A stretch of 59,420 nt of DNA, counting the filler, from Sphacelaria rigidula (taxonomy: Eukaryota), in the NCBI GenBank assembly GCA_964200075.2. It is 3 parts of 3 records of this genome, joined end to end, with 100 filler letters (N's around TTAATTAATTAA, not from the genome) between each part and the next. Parts side by side here need not be neighbours in the genome. Positions count along the whole stretch, not along the records: positions 39,683 to 59,420 come from CAXNAA020000621.1; 2 more parts are not named here. One strand, written 5' to 3'. How positions within the stretch are numbered: position 1 is the stretch's first letter; each line of letters opens with the position of its first letter. Positions 39,583-52,282 of this stretch are shown here, piece by piece. The notes under the pieces are model-generated. The model made no database searches. It was not told the origin of the DNA and worked only from the letters and a program-made list of their open reading frames with translations. Position numbers and translations under genes: made by a program.

Positions 39583-39682
39583 NNNNNNNNNNNNNNNNNN
39601 NNNNNNNNNNNNNNNNNNNNNNNNNNTTAATTAATTAANNNNNNNNNNNNNNNNNNNNNNNNNNNNNNNNNNNNNNNNNNNN
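39583..39682. other. Artificial 100-nt contig spacer N44-TTAATTAATTAA-N44
   Basis: Identical to the first spacer. Confidence 0.97.
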
Positions 39683-40250
39683 CATTGACCACGCATCCCT
39701 TTCGAGACGGAGCACTGCGGAGTCGGGGGGGGGGGGGGGAGGCAGGTCCGCAGTAACCAATTTAAATTCAGTGTAGCTTGTACAAACTGTTGTACTTCAG
39801 GGCAGCTTGTGTGCAAACCACTATGGGAAGAACACGAACTTTGTCATCTTAGTGTGGGCGCTACAGTATAGTAGTACCAATAAATATTCTTGATTTCAGT
39901 TCTTCTGTGGAATGAGACCAAACTAGGACAGGCGGCTACAGGCCGAATGTTGACCTCCAAATAAATCCAACACCTTGCCATGAGTGTTGGCAGTGTTACA
40001 ATGATTAATGTTCCCGAAGACATGGGGATAGAGAGACGCGGTTCGTTCGTTGTCAAAAGCGCGAGTCAACGATTGCAGCAGCATGTTGAGGCTCGCACGA
40101 ATATCTCACGTGCGCAAATCGTGACGTTGACGTACGCGAGGATTGAACATACGCCATCATGTTGCCGGTCGGAGATTCTTCGGCGCAGCGAGATGCCAAT
40201 ACCAAGACATTTGTGGATTCAGCAGCCGGTCGGGGCGGCGCCGCTCTTCG

Positions 40251-40620
40251 ATGAAGGCTCTCGCCAAGGCAAAGGGGGCGGCCGTGAAGGTGCTGTCTGA
40301 CTGTTGCTACGCGCCAAGGGCTGACATGCGCGGTAACGACGTGTACACCTGTGCGTTTCTGCAGCACAACTCTCCAAGGAATCAATCATATCCTCCGATT
40401 TGCCCATGCAGGTGAAGGTTTTGCGATTAAGCACAGTGTGTTTGTTCGGGAGTACGACACGAGGGACCACGTCGCTGCTGAAGACGGAGACAGATCCACC
40501 TTGCGCGATCGCGACATGATGAACGCGTTTGTCGAGGAGTACACGGTGCCAAGGGAGCAAAGAAGATCTCGTAATCGCCGCTGTCTAAACGTCTTCGAAA
40601 CGGAAGTCTGGACGAGGTAG
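40251..40620 (+). pseudogene. Possible two-exon coding fragment (40251-40332, 40412-40620) at the start of a decayed coding region
   Basis: A 79-nt GT-AG intron gives the in-frame join MKALAKAKGAAVKVLSDCCYAPRADMR|GEGFAIKHSVFVREYDTRDH...; acidic low-complexity coding-like sequence with frameshifts follows at 40700-41090. Confidence 0.3.
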
Positions 40621-43600
40621 AGACAAAAAGCATAATCAGCAACGCCACGAGACGTCGGGGAGATTAGCGGGAAACCCACGGTACGGGCGGAGGAAGCCTA
40701 AGGCGGGGACTGGGAAGGTGGTACGGTGCAACGAAGATGGCACTAAGGATAGTCGTGTAGACGGTGATTATCGAGGGGGGGCGGAGACGGCCACACACAT
40801 GGACAGAGTGGTGAAGGCAAGGGGGAGGACGATGAGAAGGAGGACAACGAGGTCGAAGACGGGGAAAAGGAAACAGATGAAGTCGTGGAGCGCAGCCAGA
40901 GAGAGAGAGCATAGCCAGGGGGGGAGAAGGTGGGAGCGGACGGAAGACGACCAAAAAGCGTGTCAGGTCGTTTTCGGACGCAGGCACACGAGGGCCAGCG
41001 CCGGTGGAGCAGAAAGCTTCCGCGCCTCCTATCAAGCCAGCGCGGGTGTACGATGAGGCCGAAAAGGCGCGGTTTTCATGCGACCCGGTAATTCTTTTTC
41101 GTCTACCTAGTGGTGCGGGTTTTGTATTCGAGACGGAGGACCTCCAGAGTTATTTGACACGCTCCGATTTTGTTCACGAAGCATTTCGTCGCCTTGACCC
41201 ATTTACAGGCAGGCCCTGCTGCAAATTTGATTCCTCGAGCTTGAAATTTAGCTTCTGCAACTTCGGCGACTTGAGGGCAATCTTGGCCCCCATTTTGCTG
41301 CCACCATGTCGGCAAAATAGTCTGCTTTTATACTTGTTTTTTCAAGGACAACACAGTCCACTCCGTCTTCATGTATAGCAGTGTTCCTTCTGCATGATAA
41401 ATACGCTTTTGGGTGCTGAATGTTACGCCGGCTGTAGTGCTTAAGTTGAAGTAGTCATACTCCATAGTATCAACTATATTGAGCGCAGAGAAGGAGTCAT
41501 CCTGGGAAGAGGGGTGATCACGATCAGCACGGGCGGCTGATGCAGTAAGCGTGTGCAGGCAGTGGAGAAATCAGCATGGTGGAGGACGAACGTCACTACA
41601 CCGATTACAAGCGGTTGCTACCAAACACCTGCCCCTGTCTGGGAGTCAATGACTAGTTCGTACTGTGTTGTCAAAGCTGCTGTGCACACGAGTACTGTTT
41701 CATTGCTGCCCGCGCCTGGCGAGGAGCTAGACTTATATCATCGCATAACGTGGCAGTTGTTAGATGGTCAAATACCCAGCAAGAGCTCGGCGAATTGGAA
41801 GTTGCTCCATCACCGAAATATTCTCGACCTACAGAATCGGACAGGCCTTACGCTAACCTGATACCGGGAGAAAAATACCACAGCAACCACCTCTGTGGCT
41901 ATCAGACTGTCATCATTCCTCGCCCGGAAGCTCTACTACTTTCTGTTGGCGAAACCCACTGTTCGCGCGAGGAGGAGCGGGAGCGTTGAGGCCAGCGCCA
42001 TCAAGTATATAACAGAGCGTAGAAGGTGCTTGTTAGCTGAGTTTCTTCGATCGCTAATCCATGAACCGTCAAAGATTTATGACGCCTGGCAGAATTCGTT
42101 GCTGCTTCCGTGTCCTTTTGATATCGTGCCCCGTATAATTTCCATGAGAGAATAATCGTTGAAAAAAAAGGGCGCATCGATGGTATCCACGAAGATATAC
42201 TCGCAGGTTCGGCAATATCAGACGCGAGATGCGCTTCGCCTCGCCTCGACGCCTCCTAAAAATAGTAACAGTGCCCAGAAATAGCACTAATGGAATAGGA
42301 TGCGCTACTGGTGAACTCTCACTGGCAGCGTCGAAAAAATGCGGTGCAATCACCTTTTTTGCTGTTATTGAAAGTTTGGGGACGAGACTGTCCACTCCGT
42401 TCATAAATCAGCTTGAGAAGCTCAAGTTCGCGAGAACGGCTAAGCAGAGTATACGGCGCATTATCTGGGTACTTGGAAGATAGCGGGAATCTTGCTTGTT
42501 GTGCCACGTCAAGCTCTTACTGTTCGTGTTATGCGTCCTGGAGACATTTTTCTACATCTTGAGGCGTGGGGCCTGCTCTGAGTGCCAGGACCAGCCCCCA
42601 ACACCTAGATGACACACCATAGCGGTCAATGGGCTGGCTGATCCGCTATATACCAAGCCGCGCTCACAAGATAGGCGTAACCGACTTGAACGGACGAAAA
42701 CAGTCGCTGAAAGAAGCTCAAGAAAAGGGGAAAAGGCAAACGGAGAGAAGAGGAGCATACCGCTGAAATGAGAAGGAAGAGAAGAGAAAGAAGAGGAAGA
42801 AAAGAAAGGAAAGAAGGGGAAATCAAGAAAACGAGAGAAAAACAGCAGGCTAGGGCTGATATCTAGAACCCATTCCGGGGAGGTCCGGACAAGCCCCTGC
42901 CGAACGGTTTCCGGTGAGGAGGTGGGAACAATAAATGTGGAGATGAAGACAGCAAACAAAGTCGTGAAAGCAGGTTGCGACGATGAGTAGACTGTCTGGG
43001 GATCACATATTCTGGGCAGTAAACCTTGGCCGACGTATGATGTCTACGACGCGAAGTGAAGATACTTCATGTTTTGAGATTCAAAACTCATGTCAACTCC
43101 ACACACATGAAATTTGAAACGAAATAATCCAGTCCTTGTCGTGAGATCGTACATGTTCAACTAGATTTTTGTGTTGGACCATGCCGGTCGAACCCTGAGG
43201 TGTTGAGAGTCGAAACAGGTATTGTTGCTCTCGCCTTGGTGTCAGCAAGGCACGAACCAATATTTTCGTGGTAATAAAAATGAAGAAATAACTTCATTTA
43301 TAGGGGTCTCATTACAGACGCCATTTCTTTTTTTTTTTCTGGCTTCTCCGAAAGTTTGGATTTTCCCCCCAACTTCTCGCGAATGAAATGATTAAAATAA
43401 TCCGACGCCAGATTATCGGAGAAATCTGTAGGAAGTCAGTCTAAACTTGATGTATTGACTGACCTGACTGAGAGTGCTGAAAATTAAAACAGACGCGCTG
43501 ACCGTACCCCTTATTACACTTGTGCCCAACCATCGCTGGGAGCCCACTTCAGGTGTATGCCGCACAGAGCGAAATGATGAAAAATGCCTGAATGTCCAGT

Positions 43601-45723
43601 CGCAGCGTACGACGAAGTTCGGGATGGCCCTAGGGCTGGAGGGAATAAACATGTATATATATATATTATATATATACATGAATCTTATTTCATGGTCAAG
43701 TGCTGTAAATGTGTTGTGCCCCAGGCCATGGAGAAACCTTTTGGTGTATTTGGGGGGAACATCCCATACACAGGCTGTGCAGATCGATGTGTATCAGATC
43801 GCGTTCAGATGCCATAGTGGAAAATGACGTGGAGGTTGGTACCTTGCACTGCCTTCACCGAACTGTACTGTGCTGGCCTCGGAGGAATATGAATATACAC
43901 GAGAGTAAGCATCGCCAGGGTGAACGATGTAGTGGGGAAAGTTGAGCCAGATTTCTTCGAGCACGCAGCTAATTATATACCTGTCTTAGAGATGTGATGG
44001 AAAATCTTTGATAATCCGTGCTTCGGCATTTCGTTGACTTCACCGCGTCCTTTTGGGGGCGAAAAGTGAGGTGGTGCGATAAATGCACGAGGCTCAGTAG
44101 CTGTTGCTTTTGTTGTCTGCTCGGTACGCAGCATACCTTGACCGTGTCGTAAACCGTTGTGAAAATCGCCGCTGTAAATGTCCTCATTAATCCAAGCTAG
44201 CTCCCCTTTCCCCTCTCGAACACCTCCCTTCGTGGCTCCTTCGTAATGACCTTCCTGTAGCGCGTGGCACAGCCGACTGAGGGTGTGTGAGCTAGTGGAT
44301 CACTTTACTCGAGGATCGAGATTACACCATAGCTACAACAACAGTAGTGTACATGAGTACGGAGGAAGGAGACGAAATCACAGGTTAGTGCGTCATTTTT
44401 GCGTGCGGAACTAGGCCGCACGTGACGACGACGACCTTAAGCGTCGGTGGGAGATTGTACACAGTAGATGGCGATGGCAAGAGCTTTGACTTGCCTGTGT
44501 TGACGCATCGATATGGCATGAGTACTCGCAGCTCACGCGGTTACAAGGAAAATCCATGGCGGATTTGTGATGCACGTGGTGCGTTGACTGCTGAAATGTC
44601 GTGTCGATTCTCCGCACATGTCCTTCGTTGCTCTTTCACTGACTGCGATATATATCCACAATTCAGCAGTGCAGGCGTATCACTCACCCCCCGGTTTTAA
44701 CGCAGGCGATTATCACGCCAGGAGGATGCTGGATGGGCAGGGATCAGGCTGCCAACAATAGTCGAAGGGCCGCTTAACTCAGTAACACCCATGAAGCTCT
44801 CTGTCCGCCCGTCTGTGTGTCTCTTACGGCTATATATATATATATATATATATATACACCCAGGAGTACAGCACAGAATTAGGAACAACGATAAAACACT
44901 GCCCGGGTGTGCGGAGACACTGGGCATGTACTCATATCAGGTGCTATACTATTATACCACACAACAAAAGAACCGGGGGTCAAATGGTTGTCACCGTATG
45001 TATAGAGTTCTGGGGGCCTGTAGTTCTTCGCTACATGACAAATTGTTGTATCGTACGTATGCCTCCTGACTAGCACTTCACATGCTCTCCACTAACCATG
45101 ATAGAGCCAACGTCTGATAAGATGCGATCCCGTTGCTGCCGAGGTTGCTGCTGTGAGAGACACACCGCCACACCACGATACTACGTGGTGTCTGGCAAGA
45201 GGAAGACAAGACGAGGGAAGACAAACCGACACGTGAATCGCCGCATGCATGTTCAACTGTTTCACCTCCAACGGCCAAATGACTAGTTTTACTGATGTAG
45301 ATCTGTGGCTGATGGGGTTCGTTTTTGGATCTTTCCCGAGATTCCACAAAATTCAAAAAGAGACAAAGCTGTCGGATTTTTGTGTGGCAGAAAAAATATT
45401 CCTTTGATTTGGTGGTGCATGGTTATTTCCTCCCCAGAACCCCCCGGAAACCACTCGCACCCTTCCTACTATCAGAACTACTGCAGACAAGTTCTTCGCG
45501 CTTCACCTCTTTACACATTTTGCGTTGTTGAGGGAATAAACGAGCAGAACTACCAGGAACCGAACCAAGGTCATCGCGACTGACGGTGCGCCAGGAGCAA
45601 GCTATCGTGTGTGGCTTACGATCAAGCACGCCCGCTTCCGCTCCTTACCCACACATCACTCATATTCGGAATAATACATACTGAAACAGCAGGTCTTTTG
45701 CGCAGTGTGTGTGAGCACAAAAT

Positions 45724-46437
45724 ATGACCAACCACTTCTTCACTGGAAAAAGCTCGAAGAAATCTGAAACCCCGCGTGGCTCCGGCAACTACGCAGCGTT
45801 TGCGGCTACCTCCTCGGGTGCTCCCTCCGGATCAGGATCAGGATCGCTGCACAACCCTAACGGTTACGGGAAGACTTCGTCGCCGCAAGACACCGCACCT
45901 GAAAAGACCGGCACGGGACCTTCGCCAACAGCCATGATGCCCCCGAGCAACGGACAACACAAAGCGCCGACTTCGTCACAAAAGGCCCTCAGCCTTTTGG
46001 ATCAGGTGTGTGCACACCTCAGTGGGGTACAGCCAGTAAACAACGCCAGACATCTTTTCGAATGGTCACAACCAGTGTGCCACACAAAACCGCGCAATGC
46101 AGAGGTAGTACCGGCTTTTATTGGCGTAATGCTCGACACTGCAAAACTGGCACATGGACACCGCACTCGTAGTACGATCGCTTGCAAAGCCGCGCACATG
46201 TCGCCCGCACAGCACATTGCGAGGAGCGTCGAATATGACTTGATACATGTAGTCCTCAGAACAACTGCACCAACAGTTGCCGGGATAACCGTCGTTGAAA
46301 AATTATATCGTGATACTCTCGTCATGGAGGTGAAGATGAACTTTTGTTGCCCGCTTCGGGTGCCTTTCAGCTGTTGTGACGCTTCAGCAAGGGTATCTAC
46401 CACGAAAAGCCTACACGGTACATACATGGACACGTGA
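45724..46437 (+). CDS. Unidentified 237-aa ORF (Ser/Gly/Pro-rich N-terminal half); possibly TE-derived or a gene fragment
   Basis: ATG-initiated, longest clean ORF in piece 3, protein-like composition; no motif recognised. Confidence 0.3.
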   Translation: MTNHFFTGKSSKKSETPRGSGNYAAFAATSSGAPSGSGSGSLHNPNGYGKTSSPQDTAPEKTGTGPSPTAMMPPSNGQHKAPTSSQKALSLLDQVCAHLSGVQPVNNARHLFEWSQPVCHTKPRNAEVVPAFIGVMLDTAKLAHGHRTRSTIACKAAHMSPAQHIARSVEYDLIHVVLRTTAPTVAGITVVEKLYRDTLVMEVKMNFCCPLRVPFSCCDASARVSTTKSLHGTYMDT

Positions 46438-47579
46438 GTGAACCAGATGTTAGCCACCCCATTCCGGCTCATGACGGGTCTAGACAGCTTCCCTTCCATC
46501 AGGTTCGGACCAACTGTCTTTTTTTTGCAACCAAAATTTTGCAACTCAATAATGCTGTGGCAACGGCGACCACACGAAGGTCAACAAGATTTTCACGGCC
46601 GCGGTCCGTCTGTGGGTCATTTGCTGGCACATGATATGCATCTGTACGACGGGCGGAAGTCGTCGCACATAACGGTCTCTGGGCTATCGATCATGCTGAC
46701 CAATTTCTTCACGTGTCATCTCGGACATATCTATCCTGAGTTGGCTTCATTTAAATATATTTATATATATTGAGCACGGATTGACACCAGCACCCGTTGC
46801 CCTTTTCCCCCGGTCCGCTGCGCGGGTAAAAGTCATCTTTCTTCTCAACAACTCATGTTTTGTCCCTGAAAAATCAGGAGTGATCTTGATACAGGCAATT
46901 GTGCTTCCACCCAGCAGTGATGATGATACAGGCATCCCACCTCCTCACAGTCTCCACACTTGGCCCGTCAATCCGGGAATCGTCAGACATCCATTTCGGG
47001 CTGGGACGTCTTCATCCTCCCTCTCCGACCTCGGACGGAATCTTGGGTTACGGCCGGGGGGACCACCCCACCTTTCCTTCTACCGTAACCAGATGTGCAT
47101 GATTTCTCCAAATACTCAAAAGTTTCAAACCTCGGCACAACATACAGCAACCCATCAGCAGGGGAACGAACATGCGATCCAGTGTACACCCGGCTGTTTA
47201 AATCGCCATCTGTCACGCAGCAGCCTGTGGAGCGTAGTATTCTACAGTAAAGCAGTGAGATATATTCCAGCTTGGTCTTGAACAGCACAGGGCGAAACCA
47301 GGGGAGGGCGTAGTACGTGTGTACCTTAACCCGGCGATTACACTTGTCCACCTAAAAGAAGAATTAATGCCTGTTGACATCATGATACCCCACTCGGGTT
47401 TGATTTGCGTAGTAAATACGTGTCAGCGTCCATGTACTTGGTGGACAGGACACAGCGTCCTTGCACCAGCCTGTGTCATCATGGAACAAATTATTTTCAA
47501 GCCTTTCCGCTGTTGAACCTTGACGACCTTGTGTGATACTGTTCTTATCGCGCGCCAACAAAGAATCCGTTTCGTCCAA

Positions 47580-47581
<2 letters not shown>

Positions 47582-47615
<34 letters not shown>
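47582..47615. repeat. (TG)n microsatellite
   Basis: Seen directly. Confidence 0.9.
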
Positions 47616-47616
<1 letters not shown>

Positions 47617-49804
47617 CCTGGCCCCTGTCCCGTTTATTCACAGACGCATGCGGCTGATATCTGATACAAACTTTTTGAAACTTGGAAGAGCACAAAAATT
47701 GTCTCATACGGTCTCGTTCGACAACCCGTTTCATGTGCACAAGAACCCACCCCACCACTGTCACTTGCTGTACTGCATCTACATCATCGACAGTCTGCAC
47801 CAACAAAAGCACAAGCGCACAGATAACCTATGGCAGTAAACCGGGTAAGCGTCTAAGAACCGTAGATTATCATGAGCAGGATGTTCTCTCGTGCCTTTCC
47901 CATCTGGACAGGTCGATATGTCTGTGCACGAGGCGGGAGTAGCTTCGACGTGGTTGATTTATGCACTAAATATCTTGAGGATGAGCACACCCCTCGCGGC
48001 CCACGCTTGTGGTGATGTACTAGTGGACGACTGTGCCGTGCTGGGGTGCAAACGGCAGCCTGGGTTGGAGGATACGTTGGTGGAACAAAAAAACTGCCCG
48101 CAAACACACATCGCTACCCACGGTTGCCAAAACTCTCACATCGGTGCCTCCTCACGCCTCTTGCACAGACGGTACAACAGTAATACGGTGGTGACAGAAT
48201 TCCCACATGTATCTCGGTGTCGTGCTGTTGGACCAGATGAAAGTACCCAGGGGCAACTGAGTGCAGACATGCCCGTTTGCCTTTGATCGGCACAGTGTGC
48301 AGCGCCACACTGGCTGCATCGTACTGTTGAATGAGTCTTGGTGCCCCTGTGCCACTGAGTCGTTTCGTTCGATGCAATCTAAGAATCGGGGGGTCCAACA
48401 TTGTCTGCACAACTTTCTTGGATACGTTGAAAGCACTTCCCATCACGGGTTTGGTCTCACGTACAGCGTGAGACCTCGACTGAGTTATGCGATGCTCACT
48501 TCTGTACGCATTCGTGTACCGGTTGCTAATCAAGCGCTGGACCATGTTCCGGCACAAGTTCTGTACAGCGCTATATTCTTGCGACTGCTTTCCGCCGGAC
48601 TGTGCGCAAACCACCTCATTTTCTTTGGTAATCATGGCGCTGTGTTACACGAGGCACGTTTTGTCCCGCATGCGTGTTGTGAAACAGCCCGTCGAGCCCG
48701 CCAAACCGTCACGGTTTGGATACGCCCTCGGGATGAGGTACTGTACTTATTTTTCTGCTGAAAATTATGCCGACCAAAATGCAGTTGACAGTTGACCGAG
48801 CGTGTGGCTTACACTTGTATCGTTTGAGTACGCTATGTGGTGTTGGTTTTTCGGTGCCGAGAGCGGCACCGTAGAAAGTCCAACTGCTGTCCCTCTTGAA
48901 ACGAAGTATTTCTCCTGTCCCAAACCGATTCGTGTCAGAAGTTGTATCTAACCTACGGAACATACTTGGCCGTGTTGAGCACATCGAAAGGTGTAGGGTG
49001 GTGTTTTTTTGAGGTTCGTAGGTCCTGGTATTTGAATTCCATGTCTGTCGATTTACAGGTGTCTCGTCCCGACACCTCATGCAGACATTTTATTTGTCCG
49101 GTTGGTATTTCTCGATGTTTGCCGACACGAGAATGTTTTTGACGGCCCTGAAGCCCTGGTGTGTATGGAAATAATCTTGGAAAGACCGGACATGTATGTG
49201 TTGACGGAACATGAGCCGGCGTTATACAATTTTTACCAGGGCACTTCACCATCTCGATCATTTTCTGGGGCAGATGGCGTATTGCTGGGTACGTACAGTA
49301 CTCGTATGCTCATCACCACCGTACTCGACGTGGGTCATCACATCGTTATCTAGAATCGAGTATGCTACCTCCGCTCGGGGACGTGAAAGACAAGATATTC
49401 TTCACCGGTCAGTAATTGCGACATGATTACAGTCCCCACCCGGGAGACAAGTGTGTCGTGTTCACTAGTCGTATTTGCCTGCTGTCTGGTTCAAATATTT
49501 TACTGGCATTATTTGTTCCACAGCTTCAAAGATTTGGCACCGCCTCAAACTACTAAAATAGTTCTCTTTATCTGAGTATTATTCCACGGCTTCGAAGACT
49601 TGACATCGCCTCGAACGACTATTATAGCTTACCCCACCTCTCGAGGGTCTCGAACATCGTTAATCAAACTGGGCCGTGTCCCATCTCGCCAAGGTCGACT
49701 CTAGCGGGAGACGAACTGCATCTTGAGGAGTTGAGGCTGATTCAATCGCGGTCATTGGAGTGGGCGTGAATTCTCCGACGTGCCGTGAATTTGTACAATG
49801 GAGG

Positions 49805-50127
49805 TGGGGGTGGTGTGATCGTGGAATGTTGAGCCGTTATGCCGTGTTACTGACTGTCGCACCAAAGAAGTGTCATGACTTGTCGAGGAGATGCGGTTGC
49901 CTCGAAATGAAATCACCTCGTTTGCACGGCTCAAATGAGTGTACGGATGATATATCACTACCGCGCTGGCCGGATTCCGCACGAGTGGATGTGGGGTCGC
50001 GTGATCGTGGAATGTTGAGCCGTGTTGGCGTGTTACTGGCTGTCGCTCAAAGAAAATGTCAAGGCTTGCCAAGAAAATGCGGTTGCATCGGAATAAAATC
50101 ACCTCGTTTGCACGGCTCGCATGAACG
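49805..50127. repeat. Direct duplication, ~135-bp homologous blocks with 186-bp period
   Basis: gtgatcgtggaatgttgagccgt...aaatcacctcgtttgcacggctc occurs twice. Confidence 0.85.
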
Positions 50128-52216
50128 AACTGCATATACCGCTGTCCCGCCGGCCGGAACCAGCACGGCCAGGAGTCGAATAGCCCACAGGTCAGTGGGG
50201 AAAGCCCCGTGCCACACCCGGCGTGGTACTTGTTGTGCTTCAAAACTGACAGAACTCTAATTCCGAAGAGTAGAGGACTGAATGTATTGTAATTTCAAAC
50301 TACGCCGAATGTCTGGCACTTCCTTACGAAGCTGACTTGTTCCGAAAATCAGGGCTGTGAAGCTGACTTTGTTCACCACTTCTTTCTCCGTGACTCCACG
50401 AATCATTTTTGTCAATATCTCGAGGATTTTCCGCACGGTCTTGCCGTTGCCTGCGCAGTTCACTCACTACATGACTTCTGCTAACTGCGCTCCCCTGTAG
50501 CTGCGAGGATGCTGTGATGCACGGTGGTCATTGCTGTAAAAAGCGAAATGATCACCAAACATGTCTTCGATGCGCACTCTCTGAGATGCAGAGCCCAGAT
50601 TTCAAGTAATCTCAGGGAGATGACCAATATTCAATTGTTCAAATTCCCTGTTCGAGCGTATCTTTCCCGGGAAGACGATGATGAATTTGACACGCTTTGC
50701 GTTGGTAATCTCTAGTTGAGCACACAATCGTACGAGTCACATGTCTTGCGGGTTTGGGGGATTTATCATGTCATGTCGTGTTGAGTAGAAAAGTCCACCG
50801 ATTTAATGATCATTCAATCTACCGTTTTGTTCCATAGCAGCTCACGGATTTATGTCTGAAATTAATCAGTTCGGCGAATGATCTTGCTTGTCTCCTCCCG
50901 TCTTACCCACATCTTACTCACGGGGAAGTCACATCCAAAGCAAAAGAAATGAGACTAGTACAGTATATCGAATGAACAATCCACCCCCCCTACAAGATGG
51001 AACCTATCGGCTATTGTAATGAGCCTAGAAGTCGATACTGCACGCAGTACCCTTTTTGACAGCGTGTTCTGTTCGTATGGAATGAGTCCGTCTTGACGAC
51101 TGGCGCATGACGAGGACGTGGCTACGTTGTAAGCTTGAGGCAAAGTCTAATCTGGAATCTTGAACATGGAAATTACTGCCGATTTAACGAATGACCTACT
51201 TCCGCTGCCCGAGGGTCAACCTGCCGACGTTTGGACGGTCAACCCTTGGACGAATAGAGTGGGTCATCTAATGAATCGGCATGACTTTTCCCCGGAAAAG
51301 AATGTATGATCCAGATGGACTGTGTTCGCTGTTCGCAGTCCAAGGATGAACATGAAGGTGTCCAACCGGGAAGTTGATTCTCCTACGCTGTACGGTTTTT
51401 ATACTTTCTAACCTGATCACGAGACACTCTTGCGGAAAAGTAAATGCTGAGAGAAAATTCTCCTTCTTGGTCCCCACGGCAGCAAAATCGACGTCGGAAG
51501 CATTTGTTCGCCTTGACTCTTGTTGTACCCTTGAAATCGCGGTGCGGGTAGTTTATCTGTATTATGTACTTCGAGGTGAACTTTTTTCCAAGTAACAATT
51601 GATGATTCAGCCGTGACCTACCTCCGCGGTTCAAGGCTTAACGAACACACGAGGCGCGAAAGGTGTGGAGCGAAGAGCAACATTAGTAGCGAATAATTCA
51701 GGTGCAGTCGCCAACACTGAGGGGGATGAAGCCTTATCACGTACTCTGACAATCCGTTTTGCATGATGGTGGTACCTTCGTGTGTCTCCACGGTCTTCGA
51801 TTGATAATGTAAGCCTGTGCGCTCGCGCAAGACTTCGCTCACCTGAACCTGATGTCATGTTGCAAAGGCGGATCATGCACTATACTTTTTTCCCGTCGTC
51901 GTCGATCGTTGGTTTTTGTTCGGTCTACCTCCCTCGTGCCCGTCCAACCTTACTGTTTTATGCGCTTCCCTACAGCGACTGTTTCTTTTGTCTTGTTTGC
52001 CATGTGACCGGTGACTGTATCCCTGAGAGATCATTGCATAAGCAACATTCGTGGAATCGATCTATCAAGTGACAGTGCGGGGTGACAAAAAAAGGAACAC
52101 GGATATATCACGGACGATTTTCATTCCGCTGCCTGAAAAGTTTCTGCGCCCAGTTGGCCCCTAGACTGCGAGATTACTTTTTCTGGATGCATGCGTATTT
52201 TTTTCACTTGAAGTTG

Positions 52217-52282
52217 ATGCCGATTCAACAGAAGACTAACCTCGCGGCTGAGGGTCAAGAGCCACCTCTCATCACCCTTGAG
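52217..52282 (+). CDS. Bactofilin exon 1 (MPIQQKTNLAAEGQEPPLITLE), start tentative
   Basis: In frame with exon 2. It is preceded by a T-rich acceptor-like site ending at 52213 (alternative acceptor 52231). The donor GTTCAT is weak. Confidence 0.6.

Noticed and set aside
49752-50260. Repeat-domain proteins in the 163/166-aa ORFs
   Set aside because: The peptide repeats on both strands simply reflect a 186-bp DNA duplication; no motif or splice support.
51740-51814. Additional coding exon of bactofilin ending at donor GTAAGC (51809)
   Set aside because: In-frame TGA shortly upstream with no ATG or acceptor in between; it could only be a 5' UTR exon.
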